The translations under genes and the position numbers were made by a program. A DNA stretch of 63,959 nt, the filler included, from Octopus bimaculoides (lineage: Eukaryota): assembly GCF_001194135.2 (NCBI RefSeq). It is 3 parts of 3 records of this genome, joined end to end, with 100 filler letters (N's around TTAATTAATTAA, not from the genome) between each part and the next. Parts side by side here need not be neighbours in the genome. Positions count along the whole stretch, not along the records: positions 1 to 30,823 come from NC_068987.1; 2 more parts are not named here. The stretch is one strand, 5' to 3'. The stretch's first letter is position 1. Each line of letters opens with the position of its first letter. Positions 14,590 through 27,636 of the stretch are shown here, one piece after another. The notes below the pieces were generated by a model. That model had not been told where the DNA came from. It did no database searches and saw nothing but the letters and a program-made list of their open reading frames with translations.

Positions 14590-15348
14590 CAAGGAGATAC
14601 CCAAATGTAATCGGAGATGTTTTCCTTGAGACAAGCCCGTTGTATTTCAGACTTCCGCCGCTAAAAGCCACTTGATGAAACCTCCAGGTATCGGTCTGCC
14701 GACCGGCGGTCTCTTGTCTGGCCCTCCTTCCACGTGGTTTGTGTTTGCTTTACAGTTCTTCTCAACTGTTCATCGCGGTTTTCACGCTTCAGGAATGATC
14801 ACTTGTCGTTGGAAGACTAACCTCGTTCAGTATGACCGTCGACCTCCCGAACGAATGAAATTATCATCAAAATTCGTGAGCTCATCTCGAAGGACCCTCA
14901 TTGAACAATTGACAATTTTGTTGATATGACTGGTGTGTACTGGATCTCGTGCCAACGAATTTTGAGCGAGGAATTGCGAATGAAAAGAGTTGCAGCAATA
15001 TTTGTGCCTCGATTGCTCACGGAAGATCAAGAGCAGTCACTACTGACTGCGTGTCGTGAGTTGAAAGAACAGTTGGAAATTGATTCGGACCTTTTTTCGA
15101 AGGTCATCACTGGTGTTTAAAGCTGGTGCTATAGAATTTGCAGGTGTGGAAGAGGTGAAGAAAAAACGTCAGAGGAGTTAAAAGGCAATTGGTCGTAAGA
15201 GTTTCAGCAATGCTTCGAACAGTGGCAAACGCCTCTGGGCAGATGCATTACATGAAATGGCGATTGATTTGAAGGCAATAAAAGTGTAAACAAGTACAAG
15301 TGAATAAAATAATATTGCAAAATTCCTATTTCTTTTGAGTACCCCTCG
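14590..15348 (+). mobile_element. Internally deleted mariner element
   Basis: 14926-15120 encodes CQRILSEELRMKRVAAIFVPRLLTEDQ...FSKVITG (WVPRLL-type motif up to the first catalytic D), then jumps to C-terminal FEQWQ..GRCI. The 3' TIR ...GAGTACCCCTCG is followed by TA. A degenerate 5' TIR at 14590-14615 matches 19/26. Confidence 0.8.
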
Positions 15349-15487
15349 TATGTATACACATACATACATACGCGCATATATACATACATACAAACTTAGT
15401 ATATATATGTAGATATCTATCCCAACACACACACACTTACGCACACACACGCACGCACACACACGCACGCACACACACACATATACT

Positions 15488-16509
15488 ATGACTGGGTTTT
15501 GAAACAGCAGCTTGACCATTCAGATGTCGGTGTGATATACCTCGATTTCGCAAAGGCATTTGATAAAGTAGATCATAGCATGAATCATAAGCTATGAGAC
15601 CTTAGCAGTGCTGGTAAACTGGGAGAGTGGTTGCATGACTTCCTTAAAGACAGAAGTCGTGTAGTTGTAGCCAATGGTGCGCTTTCTGAGGAGACTCAAA
15701 TACTATGTGGTGTCCCCAGGGAACTTTCTGGGGCCATTACTGTTCATAATAGCCCTCTTAGACATGTCACTCGGACAACCACTGTCACTAGCTATGCCGA
15801 TGATACAAAATTATCACAGGCAATAAAAAGCCAAGATAACGTCACAAGTTTACCCTGTGGAGAACCTTTGCTCTCAGCCGCCTGGTCTATTCCTCTCAGT
15901 TATGGTCACCAAACAGTACGAAATTAAAGCGGAGCTTGAAGCAGTCCAATGACACTACACTAAAACGATTCAAACAGTGCAGTTGATGAACTACAGGGAT
16001 AGGCTGAGAAAACTACAACTTTACTCCCTGGAGCGAAGGTATGTGAGAGATATGCAGTGATGTACATATGGAAAATCCTAGAAGGGATAGCACCTAACTT
16101 TGGCATTGAGTGTTTTACAAATGCTACAACTGGCCACCATTGTATTGTACCAAAGTTACCATCCACTCCATCTGCATTCAGGGCCAGGTATTGCAATGGT
16201 CTAGTGTTCAAAGGCCCACAACTCTTCAATGCCTGCCACAAAAATTAAGAAATCTACATAAGGTGGAAGTAGATGTCTTGAAAAAGGAACCAGACGCCCT
16301 ATTCTCTACAATACAGGATGAAGCAATAGCCCGACATGGTGTGCAGACGAGGGCAGCAGAATAAAACTCCCTTATACACCAAAAGTACCAACAGCTGGGA
16401 CAAAGGCACATACAGGAGTGGTGATGTGAAACACCCAGACTGAAAATGTCAGAAAGACCATGGTGGTACTCCAGCATGATCACAGAGGCATGGCTGAAAA
16501 GCGTAAAAG
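15488..16509 (+). mobile_element. CR1/L2-group LINE, 5'-truncated and internally deleted (RT to 3' tail)
   Basis: VIYLDFAKAFDKVDH, GVP.G..GPLLF (frameshifted), SYADDTK, LQLYSLERR, YIWKILEG, GPQLFN. The tail ends CTGAAAAGCGTAAAAG. Confidence 0.85.
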
Positions 16510-17363
16510 TGTAATATTATATATATCATATTATATATATATANNNNNNNNNNNNNNNNNNNNNNNNNNNNNNNNNNNNNNNNNNNNNNNNNNNNNNNNN
16601 NNNNNNNNNNNNNNNNNNNNNNNNNNNNNNNNNNNNNNNNNNNNNNNNNNNNNNNNNNNNNNNNNNNNNNNNNNNNNNNNNNNNNNNNNNNNNNNNNNNN
16701 NNNNNNNNNNNNNNNNNNNNNNNNNNNNNNNNNNNNNNNNNNNNNNNNNNNNNNNNNNNNNNNNNNNNNNNNNNNNNNNNNNNNNNNNNNNNNNNNNNNN
16801 NNNNNNNNNNNNNNNNNNNNNNNNNNNNNNNNNNNNNNNNNNNNNNNNNNNNNNNNNNNNNNNNNNNNNNNNNNNNNNNNNNNNNNNNNNNNNNNNNNNN
16901 NNNNNNNNNNNNNNNNNNNNNNNNNNNNNNNNNNNNNNNNNNNNNNNNNNNNNNNNNNNNNNNNNNNNNNNNNNNNNNNNNNNNNNNNNNNNNNNNNNNN
17001 NNNNNNNNNNNNNNNNNNNNNNNNNNNNNNNNNNNNNNNNNNNNNNNNNNNNNNNNNNNNNNNNNNNNNNNNNNNNNNNNNNNNNNNNNNNNNNNNNNNN
17101 NNNNNNNNNNNNNNNNNNNNNNNNNNNNNNNNNNNNNNNNNNNNNNNNNNNNNNNNNNNNNNNNNNNNNNNNNNNNNNNNNNNNNNNNNNNNNNNNNNNN
17201 NNNNNNNNNNNNNNNNNNNNNNNNNNNNNNNNNNNNNNNNNNNNNNNNNNNNNNNNNNNNNNNNNNNNNNNNNNNNNNNNNNNNNNNNNNNNNNNNNNNN
17301 NNNNNNNNNNNNNNNNNNNNNNNNNNNNNNNNNNNNNNNNNNNNNNNNNNNNNNNNNNNNNNN

Positions 17364-17407
<44 letters not shown>

Positions 17408-17677
17408 ACGAGCCTAAAGTTTGTATCTGTCTCTACTTTCACGTGGATGTTCTCTAAGAGATGACGGTACTGCAATTTGAGCCCCATGAAACTACATCCA
17501 GGTAGTTCATTCAGTGCGCTTTCTGCCCTTGATATTTATTTCAATCAGGAGATAACTCCTGCCATTCTTGCTTTAAAACCACCAGACGACGTGAATCTTA
17601 TTGGATCTCTTTGCTGTTGGACATTCCTTCGCCAAGCATGGCGGTAGTTTCACCTGCCTTGCAATATATAGAAAATA

Positions 17678-18050
17678 CAGTGGCGTACAATAACTGATTT
17701 TGTAACTAGGAAACTAGCGCGTTAGAAAGTTTCTATTCGGGATAGAGACTGTATGCGAACCAAAACGTGGTGTGTATTCCTAATTAAGTTCAGAATCACA
17801 TCGTCTCTTGCTCTCAAAGCTAGAATTTCAGGATTTATCTCCCGTTGGCAATAAATACTGAGGGCGGAAATCACACTGAATAAACCAATAGGAGGAGGTG
17901 TCTTCCTGGAGTTAAAATTACCGTATCGCTGTCTCGTAGAGAACACCCGCGTTAAAATGTGGATAAAAACAACCTTTTCGTCCGTGTACTGCCTCTATCC
18001 TGAACAGAGATTTACTAACGGACTAGTATCCTAGTTACAAAATTAGTGGT
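17678..18050. mobile_element. MITE with long (about 85 bp) imperfect terminal inverted repeats; TA-CAGT start suggests Tc1/mariner
   Basis: 17694-17780 is the reverse complement of 17961-18046 at roughly 75-80% identity by eye (CTGATTTTGTAACTAGGAAACTAGCGCGTTAG versus CTAACGGACTAGTATCCTAGTTACAAAATTAG). The left end follows TA, the right end runs into (TA)n. Confidence 0.7.
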
Positions 18051-18070
18051 TTTATATATATATATATATA

Positions 18071-18719
18071 CCAAGTGGTCAGCGCGAAAATAAAACTTCA
18101 TAGGTATATTTTATACTCATACACCTAATTATAACAAAGGCTTGGCTAGTGCCGCACCACGCACTGAAAAATAGACGCCGGAAGACACTATTGCCACCAT
18201 AAAGTTTCCAAGAAAACCCAGAACATAATAGGCTAGCAGAAGAAAGAAAATGAATTAAAACTTTTGTTAACGGAGTACATGATCATGTTTCAGGCTTAAA
18301 GTAATACAACTTAACATATTGCCTTCATCAGCGTCGGTGTTCCGGGCATAAATATACGACTGACCACAGATATGTAGTTGATCTGCGTCTTCGCTTAACT
18401 TATATTCGTCGAGACTCACAGAGATAAACTGCAAAGTAAAATTCATATCCTTTTCTTATACCCACGCGCAGTGTGTTAAAGATCAAGTCTGCAGTTAATA
18501 CAGTTTTGATCAAGGAGTAAATATTTTTTCAAATATTAATTATAATAATAATAAAGGACAACACTCATTAACTAATTTTCCCAAGTGGTCAGCACGAAAA
18601 TAAAACCTCATAGGTAAATTTTATAAATATTTTATAACTATATATATAATTATAACAAAGCCTTGGCTAGTGCCTCACCACGCACTGAAAAATAGACGCC
18701 AAACGATATTGTTACCACC
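18071..18719 (+). repeat. About 130-bp direct repeat pair (18071-18198 and 18581-18719) spaced 510 bp
   Basis: Both read CCAAGTGGTCAGC(G/A)CGAAAATAAAAC...CTTGGCTAGTGCC(G/T)CACCACGCACTGAAAAATAGACGCC. Confidence 0.9.
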
Positions 18720-20779
18720 TTAAATTCTTGCTTACATATTCGTGGTCACTCGTATATTTATGCTCAGAATACGGACGCCTATGAAGGCAATAGGTAATGT
18801 TTTTATTACTTTAAGCCTGAAACACGATCATATACGTGGTTAACCAAAGTTTTAATTCATTTTCTTTATTCTGCTAGCCTATAATGTAGTGTGTTTTTCT
18901 CAGAGAATTTATGNNNNNNNNNNNNNNNNNNNNNNNNNNNNNNNNNNNNNNNNNNNNNNNNNNNNNNNNNNNNNNNNNNNNNNNNNNNNNNNNNNNNNNN
19001 NNNNNNNNNNNNNNNNNNNNNNNNNNNNNNNNNNNNNNNNNNNNNNNNNNNNNNNNNNNNNNNNNNNNNNNNNNNNNNNNNNNNNNNNNNNNNNNNNNNN
19101 NNNNNNNNNNNNNNNNNNNNNNNNNNNNNNNNNNNNNNNNNNNNNNNNNNNNNNNNNNNNNNNNNNNNNNNNNNNNNNNNNNNNNNNNNNNNNATATATA
19201 TATATATGCGTGTGTGTGTGTGTGTATGTGTAAGTATATATATATATATTAATATATCCGTGCAATATGAAAAGTCATATAGTGTAAATGACAATGAAAT
19301 AGGAGAAATTGAGTTCAAAGAAATGAATTTGCACTAGACTTGAAATTGTCCAGGTCATAAGAAAGGAGAAAACAACGACATGGAAATATACTCGTGTATT
19401 TTGTTACACATAGTGTAATTATATCTTTTGTTATAAAATGAAAACTTGAATGTGACAAGTTACGTGTAGAAAATTAAACAACACAAGCGAGACCGTTTAT
19501 ACGTTTGCTTATATCTGGAGTACATTTCATTAACAGGAGTTGATTATTGATTGCATAATGCAAAGTGCATCATTAGTATGCAGTATCCAATCATTACAAT
19601 TTGAATGAATGTCACTGTTCACCATTAACAAAAAAGAGAATATGATGACGTAGACAGGAAAATGAACGTTATGAGAACGTCCCTAAACTGATGGTTAGCG
19701 GTGACTTTATACCACTTTCGTTTACCGGTGGGAATCAGTGTGCTTACAATGCCATAATATTTGATGACTGGTGTCTATTATCTGTTCAGTTATCATAGAT
19801 ATCTGTCTCACCAAACGAAACCGTAAACTCGCAATGTATACATATACGCGTATATGCATAACTGCAAACAGACATACACACAAACGCGAAAGCACGCTCA
19901 TTCACGCTCTCGCACACACCCACACACACACATACAAACACGCACACGTACACATACAAACACACACAGACGCACGCCCGCACGCACATGTTTGTATATG
20001 TATATATTCAATTGTATACATATGCATGATTCTGTCTGTAAGTTCGATAATTTTGCTGTGATGGAGACACGGATAAATTTTAAATATTTGAAACTTGTAG
20101 TCTCTACTTAGACACAAAGGTGCTTCTGAATGTTTTAGCGAAAATCAATGTCGCTAAATGTTATTAATTTCCTGGAATTTCATGCATGCGACAACTTTAA
20201 TTTATCTAGGAGAAAAGTCTACAAATCATACTCAGCACAGACACTTCATTCAAAATGGGAAGGAAAATTTGATAGAACTCACACTCACATCATAGGAGTG
20301 GCTTTGAATGTCGCATAGAGAGAGTTCGTCTGATCAATTAACGATTGTATGAGAACCTTCATCCAATATCATATTTCATCAGATTTGTAGGGCATTGCTG
20401 GAGAGCAAAAGGTGAAATTGTTAACGAAGTTCTTTTGTGAGAACCTACCTATGGAAAAGCTAACAGGGGACGACACTCCAATACCTATCTATATGAAGCA
20501 GATTTGTGACGACATAATCTGCAATACCTCTGACTTGTCAAATATGACGAACAGTAGAACTGGATGGCGAGATAGCGTTACGGGAGCCCATGCAAGCAGT
20601 GCGACTAGATGATCACAGATCAGAAGCATATCCGCATACCAACAGTGGCATATCTTCTCACAGATAGGAATGCTGCTAGTAATATGATATTGACGTTCAT
20701 TCATGTGCATCATTCAGCAAATGCAAGTGTTCCCAGTGTCACGGATATTTTAATTTGCCTCTAATTTGCCATTTAAATA

Positions 20780-21460
20780 TTAAGACATGTATGATTCACA
20801 AACCAAGAGTAATTTACAAAGATTTCATTCCAAATTCACATTTCCAGCAAATCATTGTTCATATTAGACCAGGCACTGAGCCACTCGGTGAAGTTAAGTG
20901 AGCTTTCTAATAATGTGAAAACAGAATATATCCCTAAGAATACAAATTCTTTGCTCTAGCCGATAGATCAAAATGTGACAGCTAATTTCAAGACACATCA
21001 TCTGAAAACAATTTTCCGTCAGTTTAGGAAATCAATTTACAGGGAGCATATACCCACAATTAGATACATATGGAAGAAGTTCTACATAATGGGTATTGTG
21101 GATAAGAGACCTGAGTCGAAGTGAAGTGAAAGTACCAGATATGAATGGTGTTTCGAAAAATACATAACCAGACTTTACACATTTTCTGCAACAAGATAGT
21201 CTCTATCAAAATCAGGAAAGACACCTTGGTATGATACAAGAAATGAAGAACTGGAAAATCAAAAGTTAAAAAAACTGACCGACTACAAACTTACATACTA
21301 TGATTGGTATATAACTTGGCCATAAATTATATTAAGTAACAACAATTACATCGTATCTACAATTCTTTCAGGCTCATGATCTGATATGCACACTCAGAAA
21401 ACCATTAGTAGCGAATTTACCAGCAATAGTGTATGTAAAGTATCTGAAAAAGTTTTATGC
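20780..21460 (+). mobile_element. Tigger/pogo-like transposase relic (DDE_1 region to C-terminus)
   Basis: SLFILDQALSHSVKLSELSNNVKTEYIPKNTNSLL*PIDQNVTANFKTHHLKTIFRQ...PTIRYIWKKF corresponds to the Tigger pattern LLILDNAP.HP...NV.V.FLP.NTTSL.QP.DQ.VI..FK..Y. Ends approximate. Confidence 0.8.
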
Positions 21461-21683
21461 CTTTATGACGCATAAAATTATCCTGTTGTATATTAATAAA
21501 ACTGGATAACTGACTCCGTAGCTAATAACCATACGAAAAGATTGAGTGTTATTCACTTTCATTTATACAAATAGCCTTATACACACAGGTATGTATGCAT
21601 ACTTGTGTGTATATGTGTGTATGTGAGTGTGCTAATCAATGTACATAACCACTCAAACAAATGTATTTATATATGTATGTATG

Positions 21684-21762
<79 letters not shown>

Positions 21763-21869
21763 TTACATACACACACACACACACACACATACACACACAC
21801 ACACACACNNNNNNNNNNNNNNNNNNNNNNNNNNNNNNNNNNNNNNNNNNNNNNNNNNNNNNNNNNNNN

Positions 21870-21909
<40 letters not shown>

Positions 21910-23309
21910 TGATACACTAAGTATGTATGGATCCCACTCGCTATCTGTGTATGTGTGTGTGTGTATGTATTATATATAAATTAGATACATGCACACACAT
22001 ATATAAGAGTTCTTCAGAAATCAATACGTCTGAAAGTAAATTGATAGATACGTGTGAATTACATAAGAGTTGTTTATTACAATTAGGTGAATGGAGTAAC
22101 TATTGATTTCTACAATTGGCACTTCGTCAAACAAATACATTGGGGAAGATAATAATGGATTCAGTCGACATTAACACATTAATGATTCTTGTTATAAAGT
22201 TGCGAAATACTTGAACGAAGAGAAGCCAGAGTTTACTTTAATAGGATTTGAAATAAGAACGATTCTAATCCAAAAATACACATCTTTAGCTTCTTTAAAA
22301 TTTCTGTGTGGACTACACTTTTACAGTAGGCCAAAACTTTCCATTTATGCATTATTAGAAAATATTTTTTTCAAACGAAACCTAAGAAATGACATGGTTA
22401 ACGTGATATCATAAGTATTCGTAGGTCTTTGGTTTTTGTTCGAAATAGCAGCCAATTCAGCCTCAATTCTCAATATTTTACAGCAAACGGTTTGAAAATT
22501 GTGAAATGAATGGCTTCAGTGTTCTGGTAGAAGTAGATTGCAAAAAGAAGAGATACTCATGTAGATGGCTTCTCAGTGTTACACACATACGCGTTTAAAA
22601 TAAGAAAATCCCGAGTTGCAACAGTGTGACTCATAAATAGTATTAATAAATACATACATTTTCAATTCTACTACCTGCTTTGTGCTTTAATGTTGCACAA
22701 AAGCATGCATATCTATACATACATACATACATACATACATACAAAAATATATACACAGACGTAGATAAATGGTTTGATAGATTGATAGATGCATGCATAC
22801 ATACGTACACACATACATGCATACAATATGCAGATTCATACGCACTCACACGCGTGCGCACACACTGAGACACACATGCACGCACGCACACATGCACGCA
22901 CACACACATACACACATATTCACGGGGTCGATGGCGTTACCAAATAACGTATTCCTAAAAACTTGCTGCGACACGAAATACCACGAGGCGAAATAAAATA
23001 TACCATTGATTTTCGTTAGCAAAATATAAAAATAAATGCAATAAGAAGAAAGACAACCAAGACGACTACTATATGTAAGAAACTAACACTTACTGAAGAA
23101 TACATAGTAAAATATGAATAGATAGAGAGCACTTGAAATAGAATACAATCGAGAATATATGAAAATCAGGATACCGTAGTTGAGTATGTTCCTAAAAGTG
23201 AAGATATGGATCAATGTATAAAATGTGTTAGTGGACTGAGACTTACTTGCAACATAAGAGATAGTTTTTTCTATCTTGTAGAACACCATCATTGACATCT
23301 ACATGAAGG

Positions 23310-24260
23310 ATGAAGAACTTAATCAGAAGTGTTTGACGTCTATGTCACATCTTTTCTTTGTACTATTCAGTGTAAGCAGTGCACTCATTGTTAACTCTAC
23401 TTCTAATTTTATGCTACGTCCAAGATTGTTAATAACAAATCTCAATACATTTCTTTATTAGTGCCAACCATTTAGCAATACAATTTGCAGCCAATTTAAA
23501 TACAGCAATTGGAATTTCCGTTTTCTTGCCTGTATTGAAAGCATGCTCTTGCTCTTTCATCATTAGCCCCTCATTAAAAAAAACCTCTATGGGTACTAGT
23601 GACTCAACTATATCATTCTCTACGACTTCTTTAAACCTTAAAACCTTACGTCATTTGCATGCGTAAATATATCCTTCAGAAGTTCACGGAAATCTTTGAC
23701 TTGCGGAAAAAATGTAAAATGTCCAAAGCACTGTACAGAATCGAGGGTTTCGTTTCATCACCTGACTAAGCTTTGTTATTCATAGCATACATTATGCCGA
23801 AGTTCTTCAGATATAAGCTTATGCTCCTAATCAATTCCTTTCGTAAGTTGTTTGAAAGTTCTTTTCTGATAATGTGCCATGACGCTAGCTATCACTTCTT
23901 GGTTGATTAGCTAGAGTAAAGAAATTGCTTTCTTGGGGATATAATCTACTCTGACATTATCAGAAATCTCACTTAATTTCACTGGATGATTTGATGCGTT
24001 GTCTCATACGAGCAATGATTTGTTGGAAATGTTAAGTTCAGTGCCGAAACTTTCTACAGCATGTCATAAGATTGTTTGTAAAATACTCTTTGAAAAGTTC
24101 TTTATCATACATGACTTAATATTTGAACTCCAATCAGAAGCAAATGATATTCTGAGTAACAATTGGAAAGAATAAGACAGCAGAATGTAACCTCTCGTCA
24201 GAGTTATTTAAACGGTTACCAGCTTCATGGACACTTCGCCTCTTGCATCGCATGAATAAC
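23310..24260 (-). mobile_element. Tigger/pogo-like transposase relic, same family as 20780-21460, opposite strand
   Basis: Minus strand gives DARGEVSMK, WSSNIKSCM..LFKEYF, KSLLV*DNASNHPVKLSEISDNVRVDYIPKKAISLL*LINQEVIA..AHYQKRTFKQL, FKEVVENDIVE and QTLLIKFF. Confidence 0.8.
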
Positions 24261-25773
24261 TACACAATATATACATACAGTAAACCCAGTTAGATCAACA
24301 CCATCATCACTAAGAATTTACTATCTTTTTGTTAACAAACCACTGTCAACAATTAAAATAGCAACGTGATGGCAATGTCTGAAGCATGATATACTGTATG
24401 CCAAAAGAAAAGTATGAGTATTTGAGTGTGTATGTGTGAAAGAGTGAGAGGGAGAGAGAGAGAAAGTGGGTGAATGAGTGAGTGTGTATGTGCTGACAAT
24501 ACACTTGTTGCTAGCGGTTTATTGAAAACCAAAGTGTGGGGGTTTAATTTTAGTCGTGTTGATTTTATTGGGTCTCCTGTTGCTGGTGATGATCATGGTG
24601 ATGGTGGGGAATAATACTGGCTGCGATGCTGGTATAGTATTCATGTTAATTTTATTGCTGTAGCTGTTTAGTTTTAAGTGAAACTATATTGACAAATTAA
24701 AGCTGACTTTTCATTCATCATTTAAAATACAGCAGAGTACGAAATTTTCCCACGTAATACTTTACTTTTTTTTCAAAAGGTGTGACTGTTATATATATAT
24801 ATATATATNNNNNNNNNNNNNNNNNNNNNNNNNNNNNNNNNNNNNNNNNNNNNNNNNNNNNNNNNNNNNNNNNNNNNNNNNNNNNNNNNNNNNNNNNNNN
24901 NNGTGTGTGCGTGCGTGTGTGTGTGTGTGTGTGTGTTTGTGTGTCTGTGTATGTCTGTGTGAATCCCTAAAACTCTAGAACTACACAACCAATTCCATTC
25001 AAATTTTACACATGCCTTACTTAGGGCCCCGGTGGTGTTTGTAAAAAAAAAAATAAGTAATTGCATACTTCCAGCCCACAGCAGCATCATATCTCCTCCA
25101 CCATTTAAGTATTTCGTGTCAAAAGTGAAACAAAAACACTCACGTCATTCGAACCGGAATTTCAAAAACATTGTCCCCTTACATCTTATTCTCATTTATG
25201 TACCACGACAAACAAATAAAAATTACTTGTTAGTCATTAATGACTTGCTGAGGTAACAGAAGTGTTTGTAAGATTTTGTTGTTGATGGTGGTTATGTTAT
25301 TGAAATCTGCATAATTTGAATATTCTCTGTCTCTGTCACTCTCTCTGTATGCACACACACACATATATATAGAGAGATTCAAGTGGTACATATATAAAAG
25401 CTCCTTAATATATCATTGTACAATGTAATTACAATATACAGTCCAATACAAGAGAAAACCATGAGTGCTTAAATTTATAAAAAGCGAGACAAATATAATA
25501 TGATAAATATATTTAACCGTTGGAAATTCTTACATAACACCTATTGTTTTACTACTTAAAGCATGCGTAAATAATTTATTTTATATTTTGTGTGTAAATT
25601 CCTTAAATGTCTGCAATAATATAAACAATATTCAATTTAATGCAGATATTATCAAGGTAGCACATCGGGTTGGAAGAAATCTATGTTAATAATCCTTTGT
25701 CATTTTATCAAACAATATTTCTCTCGCTATTTATGTTTATGTATTTATTACACACACATATATNNNNNNNNNN

Positions 25774-25802
<29 letters not shown>

Positions 25803-25804
<2 letters not shown>

Positions 25805-26850
25805 GGTTCAGTCAAAAGTTTCGTCGGATTTTCACTGATTACTTTGGCGTATTGTATCTCCATGCTGCATCAATAATTTGATGCAAGTTGTTGTCCAACA
25901 GTTGCTGATGTGTTTATTTATAATTTTATACCTTTGGTAATGAGTGGTGAAAAACTTATAATTACAGTCATTTTATGCTACTTGTAGAAGGAAAAGTGAG
26001 TGCAAGGCCAGGGTCCAATCCTATTGTGGAAGATGAGATCATGTTTGGAATTGCTGGACTACCGCCAAGCACAATTTTCAGTATCATGTCGGAAAAACTT
26101 AGTCCTTCGCAACGCACCATCCATCGAAACCTCAATCAGCCCAGCATTGCAAACAGGTGCTGTAGAGAAGTTCCTCATAAACTGATTAATCAACAGGTTT
26201 AACGGGGTGTGAACTTTGTAAACCGCCGCTGGCAAATCCGAAATGTTACCAGAGTTGATAACTACCGCTTTTCGTATTTTCAAAATGAGAAATGATTGGA
26301 TTCATTTCAACAAAGGTGCTGAATTTGCTGTCAAACAAAGGCAGTTTGAAAAGGTCATTTTGTGTATTTGGTGGAATTTCTTGTGGGTGTTAAATTTGAT
26401 ATCCCAACATGAAAATGTTGTGAACGCCAACATTCATGATCGTCAACTGCAGCAGGTCTATAAACGATTTGAAAGCCCACTACTTTGGAGACGTGCACAC
26501 CTACAGCATGACACACTGTACATGTTCCCAAGCGTAAACATGACGGATGTGAGAAGTACTGCCTCACTCTAACTGTACGTCAGATATTGCATCATTAGTG
26601 TACTGCCTTTTCCTAGGCATGACTCATTTCCTGCATAGATGGAGTCTCAGTATACCTCTAAACGAGCCAAATGGTATTTGCATCGAATTGAGCTTCTGGC
26701 ACAACGATGCCTACCGAGTAGAGCATGACGGGATAGATTTTCATGAATAAACGCTTCCCGCATGTAATTTATTTTAGCTCTCAATTGAAGTTTGAAAGCT
26801 TGAAATACAAAACAAGGAAGAACCCATTTAACTTGACTTGGTACATGTAT
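25803..26850 (+). mobile_element. Old mariner element, heavily decayed transposase
   Basis: SQRTIHRNL..EVPHKL (WVPHxL), KVILCIWWNF, LQHD, EVLPHSNCTSDIA (PHPPYSPDLAP) and EHDGIDFHE* in order. A TIR-like start TAGGTTCAGTCAAAAGTTTCG is present; the 3' TIR was not confidently found. Confidence 0.8.
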
Positions 26851-26869
26851 ATATATATATATATATATA

Positions 26870-27070
26870 AGTAGGTCGAAAAGGAACACACGAGTTGATA
26901 TTTATAAGGAAAATAAGGCAAGGTAAAAATAGTAAAATAATTTGATCATGAAGAACATTTTAGTACCGGTTTCAGTCATTGCGACTTTTTCAACTTAGAG
27001 TAAAGCATGAAAACAATTAAATTGTGGAAAAATGAAATGAAATATTTTTTTAGAATATTTCTATAGTTTT
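26870..27070 (-). mobile_element. Possible Penelope-like terminal repeat fragment with decayed hammerhead-like motif
   Basis: Minus strand TTGAAAA-AGTC-GCAAT-GACT-GAA-ACCGGT-A at 26964-26993 has a 4-bp stem II and palindromic stem III, but a degenerate core and poor stem I. Adjacent to (TA)n. Confidence 0.35.
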
Positions 27071-27230
27071 CAACTACAAGGGACATTTTCCTTTTCTCTG
27101 TCTGTCTGTCTTTATTTTTTATTCGTGTGAAAGCTTGGTAGCAGGTAGTGGGTAGTAGCAGTTGTAAAAGAGTATTTCATATGAGTTCTCGGTTTGGGTT
27201 GTTGAAGGATAAAAATCTACAATATCAACC

Positions 27231-27612
27231 GTGCGTAGGAGTAAGGCTGTGGTAAGATGTTTGTTTCCCAACCACAGTGTTCCGGGTTCAGTCCTGCTGC
27301 GTCGCACATATCCGACCAAAGACATGTGAGTGTATCTGGTAGACGGAAGTTAAGACAAGCCTATTATATGTGTGTGCGTATGTGTATACACACACACATA
27401 CTGCTCGCACGCACACACACACACACACACGCACACACTCGCACAAACACAGCCGAGCATATATGTGTGAGTGTGTGTTTGTGTCTATGGTTGTTCCCTG
27501 CAACCGCCTAACAACCGGTTTTGGCTTGCTTACTAAGCGGATCGTCAGAGTTAATTATAGAATAAGCGCCATTCGACTAATTCCTTAATGTAGTGCTCCA
27601 GTATGGCTTCAA
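27231..27612 (+). mobile_element. SINE family B (tRNA-like head, CORE-like segment, internal microsatellite), degenerate
   Basis: Collinear with the copy at 53836-54268. Confidence 0.7.
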
Positions 27613-27636
27613 CCCCAGGCTTTAAACAAGTCTGAC

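Noticed and set aside
24945-25040. Possible Helentron/DINE-like internal motif (AACTACACAACCAATTCCATTCAAATTTTACAC)
   Set aside because: Single short copy next to a gap, with no termini to support it.
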